From IMG/VR virus record IMGVR_UViG_3300025012_000065: 64,000 bases of DNA; one strand, written 5' to 3'. This document shows positions 19,469-30,501 of this stretch, in pieces. How positions within the stretch are numbered: the stretch's first letter is position 1; each line of letters starts with the position of its first letter. Under the pieces are notes generated by a model. That model made no database searches, was not told the DNA's origin, and worked only from the letters and a program-made list of their open reading frames with translations. Both the position numbers and the translations under genes were made by a program. The DNA is from an uncultured virus (IMG/VR IMGVR_UViG_3300025012_000065) (Duplodnaviria > Heunggongvirae > Uroviricota > Caudoviricetes).

Positions 19469-20404
19469 TCAAATCTTGTCGTACATCGTCCCGTCCACAT
19501 TAAAGTCGAGGAGAATACTACGTTCGTAGCCATTCACGAAGTCTCGAGCCTTACCGCTTTCAGCATCAAATATACCAAAGTCAATATAATCATCACCTTG
19601 ACCCTTGACCCAACCAACAACAGCTCCGGCAGTCGTGTGAGGCACACCAATTAGATCATAGACTTCGTTAAGGAATACGTGTCCACGGGAACGTAACATA
19701 TCGTTGGCAAAGTTTTGTTGTCCTTTTAAATATGCCATGTTATACCCAGGATCTTTACTCCACTGAGTAGAATACTCATCGAAGAACTTAGCGTATTCGC
19801 TGTGACCATTAGGGTCTATGACTTCGACAGTTGTTGTTTTGGCCTCATGTTCTACGCCATTTTCATCTGTATAAGCCATATCTGTTACGTCCATTGTGGT
19901 AATACCATATTTAAGACGACGATCCTCTTCGACACCATACTTGGCAACAACCCTCTTGCGATAGTCGGAATAACTTTCTTCAACGGCTTTATAAGCAGCC
20001 ATGAGAGCTACATTGCGTTGCTTAAGAATATTATGACCGGCAAGAATACAACCGACAGATAATACGCCAAGTGTAATAGGCTTCCAGTAAACTATAACGA
20101 AGTCGACAGCTGTCTGAGCATAGACCACAGCAATATCCCTTTTATAATCGGTACCACTATAATCCTCAACTGGCAGTGTGTCATGGGCAATATGGATCTT
20201 ATCCAGTTTACCTTTGGCATTTTCGAGTGCGTCTTCGGCCTTGATCGTAGCCTTACAAGCCATCACAGTACTCGTTATGACACCAGCGATACCCACAACT
20301 ACTAATATCTCAGGACTAAACTTCTTGAGAAGCAGAAGACTTCTAGCGCCTTTACTTGTTACTGCTGCTTTAATTAATGCTAATTTACTCATTTGTTTTA
20401 CCAC
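19469..20404 (-). CDS. membrane-associated phage protein (DUF6353-like), paralogue of 29264..30088
   Basis: K.SPEILVVVGIAGVITSTVMACKAT; RNVALMAAY; FLNEVYDLIG...VGW...ILLDF. Confidence 0.7.
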   Translation of the reverse strand: MVKQMSKLALIKAAVTSKGARSLLLLKKFSPEILVVVGIAGVITSTVMACKATIKAEDALENAKGKLDKIHIAHDTLPVEDYSGTDYKRDIAVVYAQTAVDFVIVYWKPITLGVLSVGCILAGHNILKQRNVALMAAYKAVEESYSDYRKRVVAKYGVEEDRRLKYGITTMDVTDMAYTDENGVEHEAKTTTVEVIDPNGHSEYAKFFDEYSTQWSKDPGYNMAYLKGQQNFANDMLRSRGHVFLNEVYDLIGVPHTTAGAVVGWVKGQGDDYIDFGIFDAESGKARDFVNGYERSILLDFNVDGTMYDKI

Positions 20405-20643
20405 CTTCGTTTTTAGTTCCGCTGTCCGTCAACATAAACCATGTTTTAAACGCGTTTAATCAATGTAATGAATGGAGCATTAACTTTACCGTACAATCCT
20501 TGGCAATCATACACCAACCACAAATAGATCCATGGGTAGTAGCAAAGCATCGATTAAATAACAATCTATTCATACCTTCGAGTTCATCCACCCTTTTCGT
20601 CAAGATAGAGATCTGCTGACGTTGCTCTTCAAGAGTATCCATT

Positions 20644-21537
20644 TTAGGTCTCCTTTATGAGTTGTTCGCAGTCTAAAGCTTGCCCACAATTCGGACAATG
20701 ATTAACCTTACGATGTTTAATCTGCCCAATTCCACATATATATGCGTCGCAAATTGGACAACGGACTTTACCGTAATCTTTTATGACAACGGATTTTTTG
20801 TCAGATACGGGCTCAGAAGATTCATTTGGTGATTGATCTACGATATTTCCACAGGTCTCAGACTCACCATCACATTTACCGACACAGGCGTCCTTTTTAG
20901 GACATTCCTCGCAACAGATATATTTATGCTCGCGACAATTGTACTTACAAGCGAAGGTGTATTCGCCTTTAGGTTTTCTTTCGCCTTCGTAATTATATGT
21001 AAGGTTTGGATTTACAAGGCAGACACGGCATACATCACTAATACCCATAAGATTTAGCCCAACATGTCCCTGATTACTATTAACGCAAGCAAAACAATCC
21101 TGATCAGATTTCACCAACCATAATAATCGAGCGTGAACATTATTTATAAATGCGTCAAGATCAATAAAATCGTTCTTCCAACTCTCACCAGTCTCTACAT
21201 CATACCTACTGGTGAAGCCATATTTCGGGCGGCTTTCGTCATCAACCAAAATACCCTTTTCGAATTCCGTTTGGGATAAATTGAGCTCGGTAAATTCGGG
21301 GATACCCATAAGTAAATCCTCTATGAATTTATAACTAGTGAATGTTCCATCCGCTTCCGGTACCTCTGCAGCATACCATTCATTATCATTATAACAAAGA
21401 GCCCTAAATGCGTCTCTAACTTTTTGCATAATGATTTCTGGTTTCCTTGGCTGTCTATTGGGCGCTTGGTCGAATAGTTGACCGGCAATAACGAACATTA
21501 GGTGTCCCTCACTAATCAATATACTTTTGTTTCTCAT
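20644..21537 (-). CDS. Cys-rich hypothetical protein with C-terminal zinc ribbon
   Basis: multiple CxxC; CPIC...HCPNCGQAL. Confidence 0.65.
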   Translation of the reverse strand: MRNKSILISEGHLMFVIAGQLFDQAPNRQPRKPEIIMQKVRDAFRALCYNDNEWYAAEVPEADGTFTSYKFIEDLLMGIPEFTELNLSQTEFEKGILVDDESRPKYGFTSRYDVETGESWKNDFIDLDAFINNVHARLLWLVKSDQDCFACVNSNQGHVGLNLMGISDVCRVCLVNPNLTYNYEGERKPKGEYTFACKYNCREHKYICCEECPKKDACVGKCDGESETCGNIVDQSPNESSEPVSDKKSVVIKDYGKVRCPICDAYICGIGQIKHRKVNHCPNCGQALDCEQLIKET

Positions 21538-22329
21538 TAATTATTTCCGCCTTTCAAGATATTTTTTAACATGGTGCCCCTTATTCTATTTCCACGATAA
21601 CTTCGTCATCCGTAAAAGTCACAGATATAATTTTTCGTTTCACTCGATCTGCCCCAGGCCTATCAGTCCAATCAATATACGTACCGACTTTAGACAACCA
21701 GGCTTCTTGCATAATTTCTTTCGGACAAACCATATATGCGCCCATCATAGTATCAGCATTAGGCATTTTAATTATGAACATTATCTAAATCCTCCGAGTT
21801 CGTTAGTGTATTAATTTTACCGTTTCCACATATACAAATAAAACCTTTCATCATAGCGTCGACTGCGTCTTTTAAGGTAAATGCCTTAATAGGTTTGAAG
21901 TGCCAATCTTCATATTTAACTTCCATTTGGGTTCTCCTTACTTAAATTTCCTCTCAGCTAAGAACTTATAGTACATGGCAATAACCTGACCATCAGCCAT
22001 AGTAGAGACCTTACGTTTCCACCTCTCACCAGGATATACAGTCAATAGAGTATTCCTCATTTGATCGAGGGACATTACCGTTACCTCCTTGAATAAGTTT
22101 CCACCAAGTGCATTTAGAATAATATATTTCTTCACGACTCGTTGGGTCCGTCCTTTCACTGCATCACAAGTATACAGACGTGACCCTGCCTCGAGTATTC
22201 TATGTGCACATCCTTGATATTACTCTCCCATATAGTTCAAGACCATCATATGCGTTCGTCGCCTACTTAATTCTTACTACCACACAAAACAGATTTGAGG
22301 GCCATACATCTCATATACAATTATGCTCC

Positions 22330-22596
22330 TTACAGTTCATTCACTAGTTTAGCCAGGAAATCTCCGTGACATCTCTTTGGCTTACAGAAGCATCCGAGAC
22401 TCTTGCCTTTCAGCTTATACAACTCAGATACCAAGTTAGTTGTCCAAAAATACTCTTCGTAGAGGTCACAAACACGATTGCGTTCTTCATCAGAGGAATC
22501 TTTCATTAATACAAAAGGATTACCCCACTTACTTCCACGCCCAATGTAAATATGGAATGGGTCCTTGTATTTATTGACGACGGTGCAGATAGGCAT
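22330..22596 (-). CDS. DUF4326-like protein
   Basis: YIGRGSKWGNPF...LKGKSLGCFCKPKRCHGDFL. Confidence 0.8.
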   Translation of the reverse strand: MPICTVVNKYKDPFHIYIGRGSKWGNPFVLMKDSSDEERNRVCDLYEEYFWTTNLVSELYKLKGKSLGCFCKPKRCHGDFLAKLVNEL

Positions 22597-22836
22597 TTCG
22601 TCACCTCCCAGTTGCACTAAAAACATTTAATCTCGCTTTAACCATTGGATGTTCGCATGCTTCGGATATGGTAATCCCGTGGTTTCTAGAGAATGCAAGT
22701 AAATATTTACCATAAGGAGTAAGCGCGTTTGCGGATTGATCCGGCGAAGAAGCTAAGTCTATTCCAGTAATAACATTACCGACTATTCCATTTTCATAAC
22801 ATATAACTTTATCGCCAATCTTAAAAGATTTCATAA

Positions 22837-23382
22837 CTAATCCATCTCCTCTATCGCAAGAATACATTGCTCGACGTAATATAACAAAACATTACGATTT
22901 GCGCTGATCATTTCTAATTCGGAAAAGGATATTTGGGAATGATGATCCTTACTATCACTAACTCTAACTGTATACTCCATCTGCTCTGTGTCACGACGCA
23001 CCATCATACTATACTCAGTTCCAAGCAACTTCAACATAGCATTGTTATCGTCGACCACGGCCTTCTCCCGTATATCGACCATAATCTTGGGCGCTGGAAG
23101 CACTATAGCTTCGGGTAAATGAAGTCGATAACGCTTCTGAATACCCGCCCTATAAGGTTCGCCACCAGTGACATGAATGCGAGCATTAGTGAGATCTACC
23201 CATCCATGCTCTTTATTCTCAGGATGATTAGTTCCTCCAATACAGCTATGCAGATCAAAAACGGTTACACTACCTCGTCGCTTGATGGTGTCATTAAGAT
23301 GGTCTAGAACATACTCGGCATCACCACGATTATCGAACAGAATCTCTTCTACTTTCTTAAGCATTTGTCGATACCTCCACAT
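22837..23382 (-). CDS. two-domain chimeric hypothetical protein
   Basis: N-terminal half resembles 24515..25159 and 23357..23779; C-terminal half resembles 23818..24285. Confidence 0.7.
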   Translation of the reverse strand: MWRYRQMLKKVEEILFDNRGDAEYVLDHLNDTIKRRGSVTVFDLHSCIGGTNHPENKEHGWVDLTNARIHVTGGEPYRAGIQKRYRLHLPEAIVLPAPKIMVDIREKAVVDDNNAMLKLLGTEYSMMVRRDTEQMEYTVRVSDSKDHHSQISFSELEMISANRNVLLYYVEQCILAIEEMD

Positions 23383-23779
23383 CTAAGATCACCGTCTCAG
23401 GCAATCTAAGCATATAACCACCATACGTACCAGCCACATGAGCATAACTAAGATCCTTCCAACCAAACTTATATTCCACACTAGAAGTAGTAATACCAAG
23501 TAGTTCTTTTAAATCAGTTATGCTAGTCTGACCATACGTATTAATTATATCGTTAAGCTCGCTTAAAATGTGCTCGGCTTCTTTTCGGGTTTTTAATACT
23601 GGAAATTTCTTACCTTTATAATAAGCAATAGACTTACAGTATCTACCAGATCGTGAGAACTGTTTACAATCAGCCGTCTCTTTTTTTAGTGTAGCGAGTA
23701 AAAGATACTTTAACCCTAAAACCCCCACTACAATCCCTAAAATAAACGCAAGAAGTACTGCGATTATGGTGATAATCAT
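23357..23779 (-). CDS. TM-anchored hypothetical protein of the R.EA..V...L...GW.DL family
   Basis: N-terminal TM; RKEAEHILSEL...FGWKDLS...GGYMLRLPE. Confidence 0.7.
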   Translation of the reverse strand: MIITIIAVLLAFILGIVVGVLGLKYLLLATLKKETADCKQFSRSGRYCKSIAYYKGKKFPVLKTRKEAEHILSELNDIINTYGQTSITDLKELLGITTSSVEYKFGWKDLSYAHVAGTYGGYMLRLPETVILDVEVSTNA

Positions 23780-23817
23780 TTTACCATTCCGCCTTTCAAG
23801 ATTCGTTAAGGTGTCTT

Positions 23818-24285
23818 TTAATTAACTTTTACTTTACGTCCACAACCAGGGCAATATTTACTTAAGTTTTCTAATGAGTCATATACCGTAGGATGTATGT
23901 AACCGCATTTAAGACATTTAGCATTTTCGATAGGTTTATCGTGATTACCACTCCATCCAGACCTATATAACCAAGACGTAGTATCTGAGTCATGTTCTTC
24001 TTTTAACGAGAGAATACACTGTTCGATGTTACATAACAAAACATTATGATTAGCGGTTTCGACTTCTAATTCGGAAAATGTTTTGATCATCATACGATCT
24101 TGACTATCACAAATTGCGACAATAAACTTTCCTGTACTCATGTCACGTCGCAATTCCATGGTATACTCAGTGCCAAGCATTTTCAATATAGCATTGTTAT
24201 CATCTCTTCTGATAATACTAGGTGCCTCTGGTTTAGTGATAACCGCAACCCCTTCAGACAGGGCTTTCATAAATTTATCATTCAT
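23818..24285 (-). CDS. hypothetical protein with C-terminal zinc ribbon
   Basis: CLKCG...YCPGCG. Confidence 0.65.
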   Translation of the reverse strand: MNDKFMKALSEGVAVITKPEAPSIIRRDDNNAILKMLGTEYTMELRRDMSTGKFIVAICDSQDRMMIKTFSELEVETANHNVLLCNIEQCILSLKEEHDSDTTSWLYRSGWSGNHDKPIENAKCLKCGYIHPTVYDSLENLSKYCPGCGRKVKVN

Positions 24286-24514
24286 GTTGACATCCCTCCC
24301 AAGATTATTTAAGGCAATTTAATCTATATACACTCGTCCGTCATAGACTACCCATTTTCTTAATCGGCATCTACTACGTTTATAATACTTTCCAAAAACA
24401 TGTCCGGTAGGACCATCAGTATATTCACCTACATATATCCAATCGCATGGTCTAACCGAACATGGTAGTTTATCAATAAGTCTTCGAATAATTCCAATAG
24501 GTCATGCCCCCCCC

Positions 24515-25159
24515 CTAATCCAAGAATATAGGTTTAGGTAGATTTAGAACATAACCCCCACCGCGTAGTGGACTAGCACTGGCACTACTAAGATCTGTCC
24601 ATCCCCATCGGGTATCGGTAGATGTATGTGGGGTTCCGACCAAGGCATACAGATCAGATACAGTCGCCTGATCATAATCCAGGGTTAGATCCACAAGAGT
24701 ACTTATAACCTCGTCAGCCTCAGCCCGCGAATCAAGGATTATCTCATCGAAGTTGTGTCGGGCTCTATTTTTAGGTGATACATCCCTGCTACGATCATCT
24801 CTTTGGTTTCGTTGATTGGTATTTCGGTGTCTGTCGTAGCTTACATACGAACGACCTTGTTCCCGTCTACCTCTCGACCCAGAGTTTCCTCGTCCAGGGA
24901 ATAATATCATATCGATGCCGCCTTGAACCGTATCGGCGACTGCGCTCTTTGCAGCAGGTACAAGCACATCATGGACTATATAGTGGATTACATTACTAAT
25001 ATCATCCACCACAAATGTATCCATAAAGCGTTTATACAGCGACTTCTTTCTTGTGGCAACCTTACCTGTTGTGATCTTAGTCAATTGCTTGGGTTCTTTT
25101 TTTTCCTGACGGGCCTTATGTGAATTTCCCGGGTAACTTCCTAGCGGATCTCTTTCCAT
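24515..25159 (-). CDS. hypothetical phage protein
   Basis: 214-aa ORF; C-terminal SRAEADEV...WGWTDL...GGYVLNLPKP domain. Confidence 0.75.
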   Translation of the reverse strand: MERDPLGSYPGNSHKARQEKKEPKQLTKITTGKVATRKKSLYKRFMDTFVVDDISNVIHYIVHDVLVPAAKSAVADTVQGGIDMILFPGRGNSGSRGRREQGRSYVSYDRHRNTNQRNQRDDRSRDVSPKNRARHNFDEIILDSRAEADEVISTLVDLTLDYDQATVSDLYALVGTPHTSTDTRWGWTDLSSASASPLRGGGYVLNLPKPIFLD

Positions 25160-25194
25160 GGCTTAAGCGCCTCTCTTTCTACAAATATGTTCGA

Positions 25195-25626
25195 TTATCT
25201 GATAAGATTTTCCAGAAATCGTTTTGCTGCGTCGTTCGCCAAGTCGTGAATATTTTCCATATTTGACATTTGGTCCTTAAATCCGCAGTATTTTAAGTTC
25301 AGCATGGTATCCATTATTGCACACGCAATGTTTGATTGCCACGAGTAGTAATAACTACCTGGTTCTTTATCTTCTTTAAGTGCGTCAATCAATAGTGATA
25401 TTGCTATGGAGACTGGATTTTTAAGGTCCTCGGTTTTGAATTGGACGCTTGTGTATTCCGGTTCCTTAGGTGTACAGTTTTTCCCGTGACGATTTATTTC
25501 AAAGTGCTGTGGGCTATGACATTCACATTTAATAGGATAGTAAAAAACAGTTCTCTCTAAAGTCTCATCTTTGCCACAAACATCACATCTTCCGTGCTCC
25601 ATTTCTCCACACATACGGATTAACAC
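25195..25626 (-). CDS. hypothetical protein
   Basis: CDVC motif; YYYSWQSNIACAIMD. Confidence 0.6.
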   Translation of the reverse strand: MLIRMCGEMEHGRCDVCGKDETLERTVFYYPIKCECHSPQHFEINRHGKNCTPKEPEYTSVQFKTEDLKNPVSIAISLLIDALKEDKEPGSYYYSWQSNIACAIMDTMLNLKYCGFKDQMSNMENIHDLANDAAKRFLENLIR

Positions 25627-26045
25627 CTCTTTCTACAAATATGGTTTACCTAAGGTTATTTATTGCGTGTAGTCTCGCGACATGATATCCGTCACTTGAG
25701 TCATAACCCCATCCAAAATATCGTTTACGAACCCTAGCAACTGCCCAATCGTCTGGCGAGTGTTTCCTACCCAGCATAAAGACCGCAGCCCATGGTGTTG
25801 CGTTTCTACTAATATAGAAGTACATCGGTCTCCAGTGTAACTTATCACCGTACTTAATCTTACCAGACAGTCCGCATACAATAGGTAACCGCCAACAAAG
25901 GTAACCGTACTTCTCCGTCCAGAAAGTACAACCAAAGTGCATAGCGTTGTCTCCAAACACGGTAAGTCTACCGATCGTGAAGTGGCCATCAAAACGCATA
26001 AAGTATACGGTTGCTATTAATACGCAAACTAAAAATACTATCATG

Positions 26046-26480
26046 TCAACGCTCCCTTTTAGAATAGTATTCGGGTTTAAATGATGATGGCGGCCATATA
26101 TCTCGTTCTTGGTTATGTTTTGATTCGTCTCGAGTGAATATTTGCCGTGGCGAAAGTTCGGCCATAATGAGCACGTAATAAATACGGATGACTTCTTCTC
26201 TAAAGAATCTTGCATAGTGTGACACCTGACCCGCAGATTTATATCGGTCATTAATAGTCCAATCGTCCGCATACCTGATGATATCATCGTTTCCAAGGGG
26301 TTCATCATCAGCAAATAACATCTTAATGATATACACCAAGGTCTTACCAGTTCGCCGACCAGTGATCCGCATATCCAAAACCATAGGTATGTCTAACATG
26401 TAGTTTTTCTGCCATTCTTCAAACTTAAAACCCAATATGCCCTCAATAGTTTTAATGAGATCCATATCTAACTTATCCAT
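26046..26480 (-). CDS. small protein with terminase-like P-loop motif
   Basis: LGFKFEEWQK...GRRTGKT. Confidence 0.55.
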   Translation of the reverse strand: MDKLDMDLIKTIEGILGFKFEEWQKNYMLDIPMVLDMRITGRRTGKTLVYIIKMLFADDEPLGNDDIIRYADDWTINDRYKSAGQVSHYARFFREEVIRIYYVLIMAELSPRQIFTRDESKHNQERDIWPPSSFKPEYYSKRER

Positions 26481-26701
26481 AAATCACCTCAAAACAGTTA
26501 CTTTCAAACCACTCATCGCATCCTAAAATCTTATACCTCTTTCCGAAGATAGGGTGGTCTTCGACTTCTGTAATTTCAACCAGTCGTCCGCCTATTATAC
26601 GAAACAGTTTATTATGGCCTTTTTTAATAAGCCTTCCATAATATCTCCTTTCAAATACAAAAGATAAATACCACGTTAATGGTACTATCCTTCGATTTAG
26701 T

Positions 26702-26947
26702 CTATTTCCCTTTTGGTTCAATATCAATTTTAATTCGGTCATCCCAAGCCTCAACAATTTGTTCTTCAATGAAGTTAACGGTTTTCTCACCTACCATGAA
26801 TGCTACCGCCGACCCCGCCACAGCAACGCACGCTCTACTAAAAGTGCTCATTACTGCAGGGGTGGTGGCTTTCACTACATTTGTGATGATTGTTCCTACT
26901 CCCAATGAAATAACAACTTGTCCAAGACCTTTAACAAGTCCAAACAT
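26702..26947 (-). CDS. small membrane protein behind a promoter copy
   Basis: GAAAGGGG RBS; two hydrophobic segments. Confidence 0.6.
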   Translation of the reverse strand: MFGLVKGLGQVVISLGVGTIITNVVKATTPAVMSTFSRACVAVAGSAVAFMVGEKTVNFIEEQIVEAWDDRIKIDIEPKGK

Positions 26948-26983
26948 ACTAATAACCCCTTTCAAGAGTTCAATATCTATTTC

Positions 26984-27009
26984 ATTATATAGCACGTAAT
27001 CTACGCGAC
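26984..27009 (-). promoter_or_regulatory. phage promoter motif copy
   Basis: GTCGCG-N14-TATAAT on the minus strand. Confidence 0.75.
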
Positions 27010-27416
27010 GTTCAGACAATTACGTTTTCCTTCGCTAGGAATAAGGGGACACCCATGAGTATTCCAAAGATGAGACCTGTACCATTCCCATCTATGGATA
27101 CTGATAGCACCCCTGCGCAGACAATAAGTACAGCATACAGCTTGTTAGTAGCCGTCTTAATTGTTAATTTTCGCATGTTTCGGTCCCCTAACATAGTAAT
27201 TGTTAATTACCATAAATATAGGGTTTTTGATAACCGGTTTGCTTGGGGTGACGGCTTTGATTATGCTGATGCCCGAGAATATGGCTACACCTACATGAAC
27301 GGTTTTAACAATAACCTCGCGATTGATGTTTTTGGTGGCGTTTAATGCCCGTTTAACAATAGTTTTCAACATAGTGATTAATCCCCTTTCAAAATATGGT
27401 TGGAAGTCATGAACTT

Positions 27417-27992
27417 TTATTCGTAGTTAGGACTATTGGGCAATGGACACCAATGTGTAACTTTTACTCCGAGCACTTCCTCGAAAGGAGTGATACAACA
27501 ATCAGCATACCATTTGCCATTTCTAAGTTCTGCTACATGTGGGATACCATAATATCCCTCGGGGTCCATCCTACATAATACAAGCACCCAATCGTACGTA
27601 GGAGATTCTGGTAATCTTTCAGTTACTGGAATCCAGGTTCGGTAACTATTAATAGACAGCAATCTACCAACATCTTTATCGGTATGACCATCCCATGGTT
27701 TCCCAAATCCAAGTTCCCGAACATTAAATATGTCCCAATCCTTATCTTTATAGTGATAAGTATATGATCCGTCTGGAGTATCAATCCCAACAATAAACCA
27801 TCCACCACCGAAGCATTCTCGACCATCGGCATGCCTACGAGACTTCCAAGACAGTTCTTCAAAAGCATTAAACAATGCGGCAGATAGAGCAAGTCTTTGG
27901 TCATATAGATCATTAAAAGAGTGATAACCGTCGCTTACTTCCCCGATGGAAATACCATTTTTTTCACATAGGTCTTTTAAAGTTTGTAACAT
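27417..27992 (-). CDS. WDGH-motif domain fused to a DUF551-like domain
   Basis: DGYHSFNDLY...WFIVGI...YHY...WDGHT; WIPVTERLPE...VTHWCPLP. Confidence 0.7.
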   Translation of the reverse strand: MLQTLKDLCEKNGISIGEVSDGYHSFNDLYDQRLALSAALFNAFEELSWKSRRHADGRECFGGGWFIVGIDTPDGSYTYHYKDKDWDIFNVRELGFGKPWDGHTDKDVGRLLSINSYRTWIPVTERLPESPTYDWVLVLCRMDPEGYYGIPHVAELRNGKWYADCCITPFEEVLGVKVTHWCPLPNSPNYE

Positions 27993-28052
27993 GGCGATTA
28001 ACCCCTTTCAAGGCGCCCTGTGGGCGAATTTCGGTTTTACCGTAAATGATGA

Positions 28053-28601
28053 TTAATTACCGATCTTAAATGTCATTTCTGAGTCTTTCTTCTTAGTCAT
28101 ACTGTCGGCTATCGAGCTATAGATCTTGGACACATTCGACAGGCTACCATTGAATTCCTCTAATAATCCATTAAGATTAGCATCAAACTTCTCGACAACA
28201 AGCTCTTTGGCTCTATTTTTGACCTCTTCCCTAAGTTTGTTCATGTCCATGTTGGCCACTTGCCTAGCTACCTCGTCGGTAACTGAAGATCTAACATGCG
28301 AATATGCTGCATCCACGCTAGTTTTAACTTCCTTATGAATATCATTACGGACTGTGGACGTCACGTCATAGGAAATTGATTTGATAGCTTTACCCACTTC
28401 ACGATCCACGGCTCTACTAACTGCCTTCTCAATTATAGCATCGGAAACATTAACGGAAATATCCTTGGATAGTCCATCAGCAGACGATTCAATAACAGCT
28501 AACAATTCATTAACCTTAATGTGTAAATACCTTGTATATGCTGATGCGACTACCCCTACAATACCTACGCCTATGATTCCTACTTTGATTACGTTACTCA
28601 T
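28053..28601 (-). CDS. TM-anchored coiled-coil protein
   Basis: N-terminal hydrophobic helix, long amphipathic helical region. Confidence 0.7.
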   Translation of the reverse strand: MSNVIKVGIIGVGIVGVVASAYTRYLHIKVNELLAVIESSADGLSKDISVNVSDAIIEKAVSRAVDREVGKAIKSISYDVTSTVRNDIHKEVKTSVDAAYSHVRSSVTDEVARQVANMDMNKLREEVKNRAKELVVEKFDANLNGLLEEFNGSLSNVSKIYSSIADSMTKKKDSEMTFKIGN

Positions 28602-28915
28602 GGTGATTAATCCCCTTTTCAAGGCGCCCGGTGGGCGAATTTCGGTTTACCGGTAATGATGACTACTTATTCAAAGATTCCATTTTACGACGGTATAACA
28701 TCTCAAGATCATTACTACTTTGATTGGCTATGAAATTCCGGTTCTTCAATTTCTCAATACGCCATTCCACATATTTAATTCCGACGGCTCCAACTCCGAC
28801 ACATACAACGGCACCAATGGCTACGGTTCTAAAATTAAATGCCAACATAATCATAGTTTCACCTCACTGAAAAATAGGATGCTATGTATTTTACTACATG
28901 CATCCCGTTCAAGAT

Positions 28916-29110
28916 CTACTCTTCTGAGTCGGTTTCAATATCCACGATTTCATTTAAATCTACTTCCACATCCTCAACAACCACTTCATCAGTACCTAGT
29001 TTACCGGCCACTACAACCACTAACGCTATTGCGCCAGTTACTGCTAATGCTCCGTAAACTAATCCTTTTAAAACTCTCGTTTTGTTTGCTTTAATAATAT
29101 TCATAAACAT
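28916..29110 (-). CDS. cassette-encoded small single-pass membrane protein
   Basis: promoter copy at 29143-29168; TM plus acidic tail. Confidence 0.65.
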   Translation of the reverse strand: MFMNIIKANKTRVLKGLVYGALAVTGAIALVVVVAGKLGTDEVVVEDVEVDLNEIVDIETDSEE

Positions 29111-29263
29111 GATATATTCCCACTTTCAAATTTTATTCTTTCATTATAGGGCATGTAATTTTCGCGAGGCTAGGTTACTTTGCTTTTCGAGTTTAACAAT
29201 CGTAGTAGTTCCAAAGGCTGATGCCTCATAACTTAATACATTCTTTTCATAGTGATTAATCCC

Positions 29264-30088
29264 TTAATAACTACGCTCTTGATATCTTGGGGTAACGGTA
29301 AAGTCCAACACGATACATGGCTCGTCATTCTCAGCAAATGCAGTTCCAAATTTAGCTTCGATTAACCCCTTATCATCGGAGTACCAACCCAGCAAATCGC
29401 CCATTTTAATCCCCTTCATGCCAAGACCAATATATACATCGTTTACAGGCATGAATCCTTGCATATCGTTCAATAACTCTCGACTTAGATCGTTAAGCAC
29501 TCGTTCAATTTGTGCCCTGTCACTTCTAAAATATCTTCCTGACAATTCATCATAACAAAGAGTCTCGCCTCTACCTGTGAATACAACTTCACGTTCGCTA
29601 ACCGGATTGACTATAAGTTTATCCTTGTATATTTCTTCTACAACCTCACGCTCCTTACCCTTACCAATGGTTTCAATCACCTTACTCTTATACTGTCTAA
29701 AAGCTGCGTCAGATAATGAATATAACCCCGCCAATGCAGCGTTCCTACGCAGATGGATAGTGTTAGCTCCCACAATACCCCCGATTGTAACCACACCCAT
29801 TATTACGGTTGGAATATAACACTTCCATGTGAGTTTGACAATTTCCAGTTTGGTAATAGGGATTATGGAATAGTGGCCGCTACTCTCTTCACCTTTCTCA
29901 ATACCCTCATCTTCACGACGATATCGTTCCTCGTCAAGAATACGAATAGCCTTAGGTGTTGCCCTTACGGCCATTACTGCAGTACTAAGTAGCCCTGCTA
30001 CACCGAGTATTGTAAGTAAGGTTGGTGAGTTTTTACCAGCTAATGCACCTATGGATCTTGTTGCTTTTTGTATGTTTGCTACGTTCAT
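29264..30088 (-). CDS. membrane-associated phage protein (DUF6353-like), paralogue of 19469..20404
   Basis: KNSPTLLTILGVAGLLSTAVMAVRATPKA; RRNAALAGLY; LGW...CIVLDF. Confidence 0.7.
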   Translation of the reverse strand: MNVANIQKATRSIGALAGKNSPTLLTILGVAGLLSTAVMAVRATPKAIRILDEERYRREDEGIEKGEESSGHYSIIPITKLEIVKLTWKCYIPTVIMGVVTIGGIVGANTIHLRRNAALAGLYSLSDAAFRQYKSKVIETIGKGKEREVVEEIYKDKLIVNPVSEREVVFTGRGETLCYDELSGRYFRSDRAQIERVLNDLSRELLNDMQGFMPVNDVYIGLGMKGIKMGDLLGWYSDDKGLIEAKFGTAFAENDEPCIVLDFTVTPRYQERSY

Positions 30089-30093
30089 TGATA

Positions 30094-30399
30094 TTATTCC
30101 CCCTTCAAAAGTTCAATTTTGCTTAGATGATTATTAATTCGTTCCTGCAATAAAACTATTGCCGATTCCGCATAGGCTATTAAAATTTCCTTTGCTCGAG
30201 CATCATCCCTTTCTTTAAGCCATACCATTGAATTGTATACTATACCTTCTTCGGCAGCACAACCAAGACTTTTAGTTTTGGATTTAAAGGACCCGCGTTT
30301 GTGATATTCATAAACCCGTCCTTCATGAACAGTGAATCTGCCGTTCAATAAAGAATACAAATAGACGTGTTCTTGAAGTAATGGATATGGTCTGGTCAT
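30094..30399 (-). CDS. hypothetical protein
   Basis: AGGAGA RBS. Confidence 0.6.
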   Translation of the reverse strand: MTRPYPLLQEHVYLYSLLNGRFTVHEGRVYEYHKRGSFKSKTKSLGCAAEEGIVYNSMVWLKERDDARAKEILIAYAESAIVLLQERINNHLSKIELLKGE

Positions 30400-30431
30400 T
30401 AGTATTATCTCCTTTCAAAAAATATAATGAA

Positions 30432-30501
30432 AGAATATGTAGGATTCGAACCTACGACACTTAGCTTACACTAATCGCTCTAGCCACTGAGCTAATATTC
30501 T
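30432..30501 (-). ncRNA. tRNA-like RNA (degenerate; 6-nt anticodon loop TGTAAG, no encoded CCA)
   Basis: AGAATAT-TA-GCTC AGTGGCTA GAGC-..TTAG TGTAAG CTAA..-GTAGG TTCGAAT CCTAC-ATATTCT immediately after a promoter copy. Confidence 0.75.

Noticed and set aside
26046..26480. Large terminase subunit
   Set aside because: Only 144 aa with a lone Walker A-like motif; no Walker B or nuclease domain recognisable
30432..30501. Functional tRNA-Tyr(GTA)
   Set aside because: 6-nt anticodon loop, no long variable arm and no CCA; reported as tRNA-like ncRNA instead
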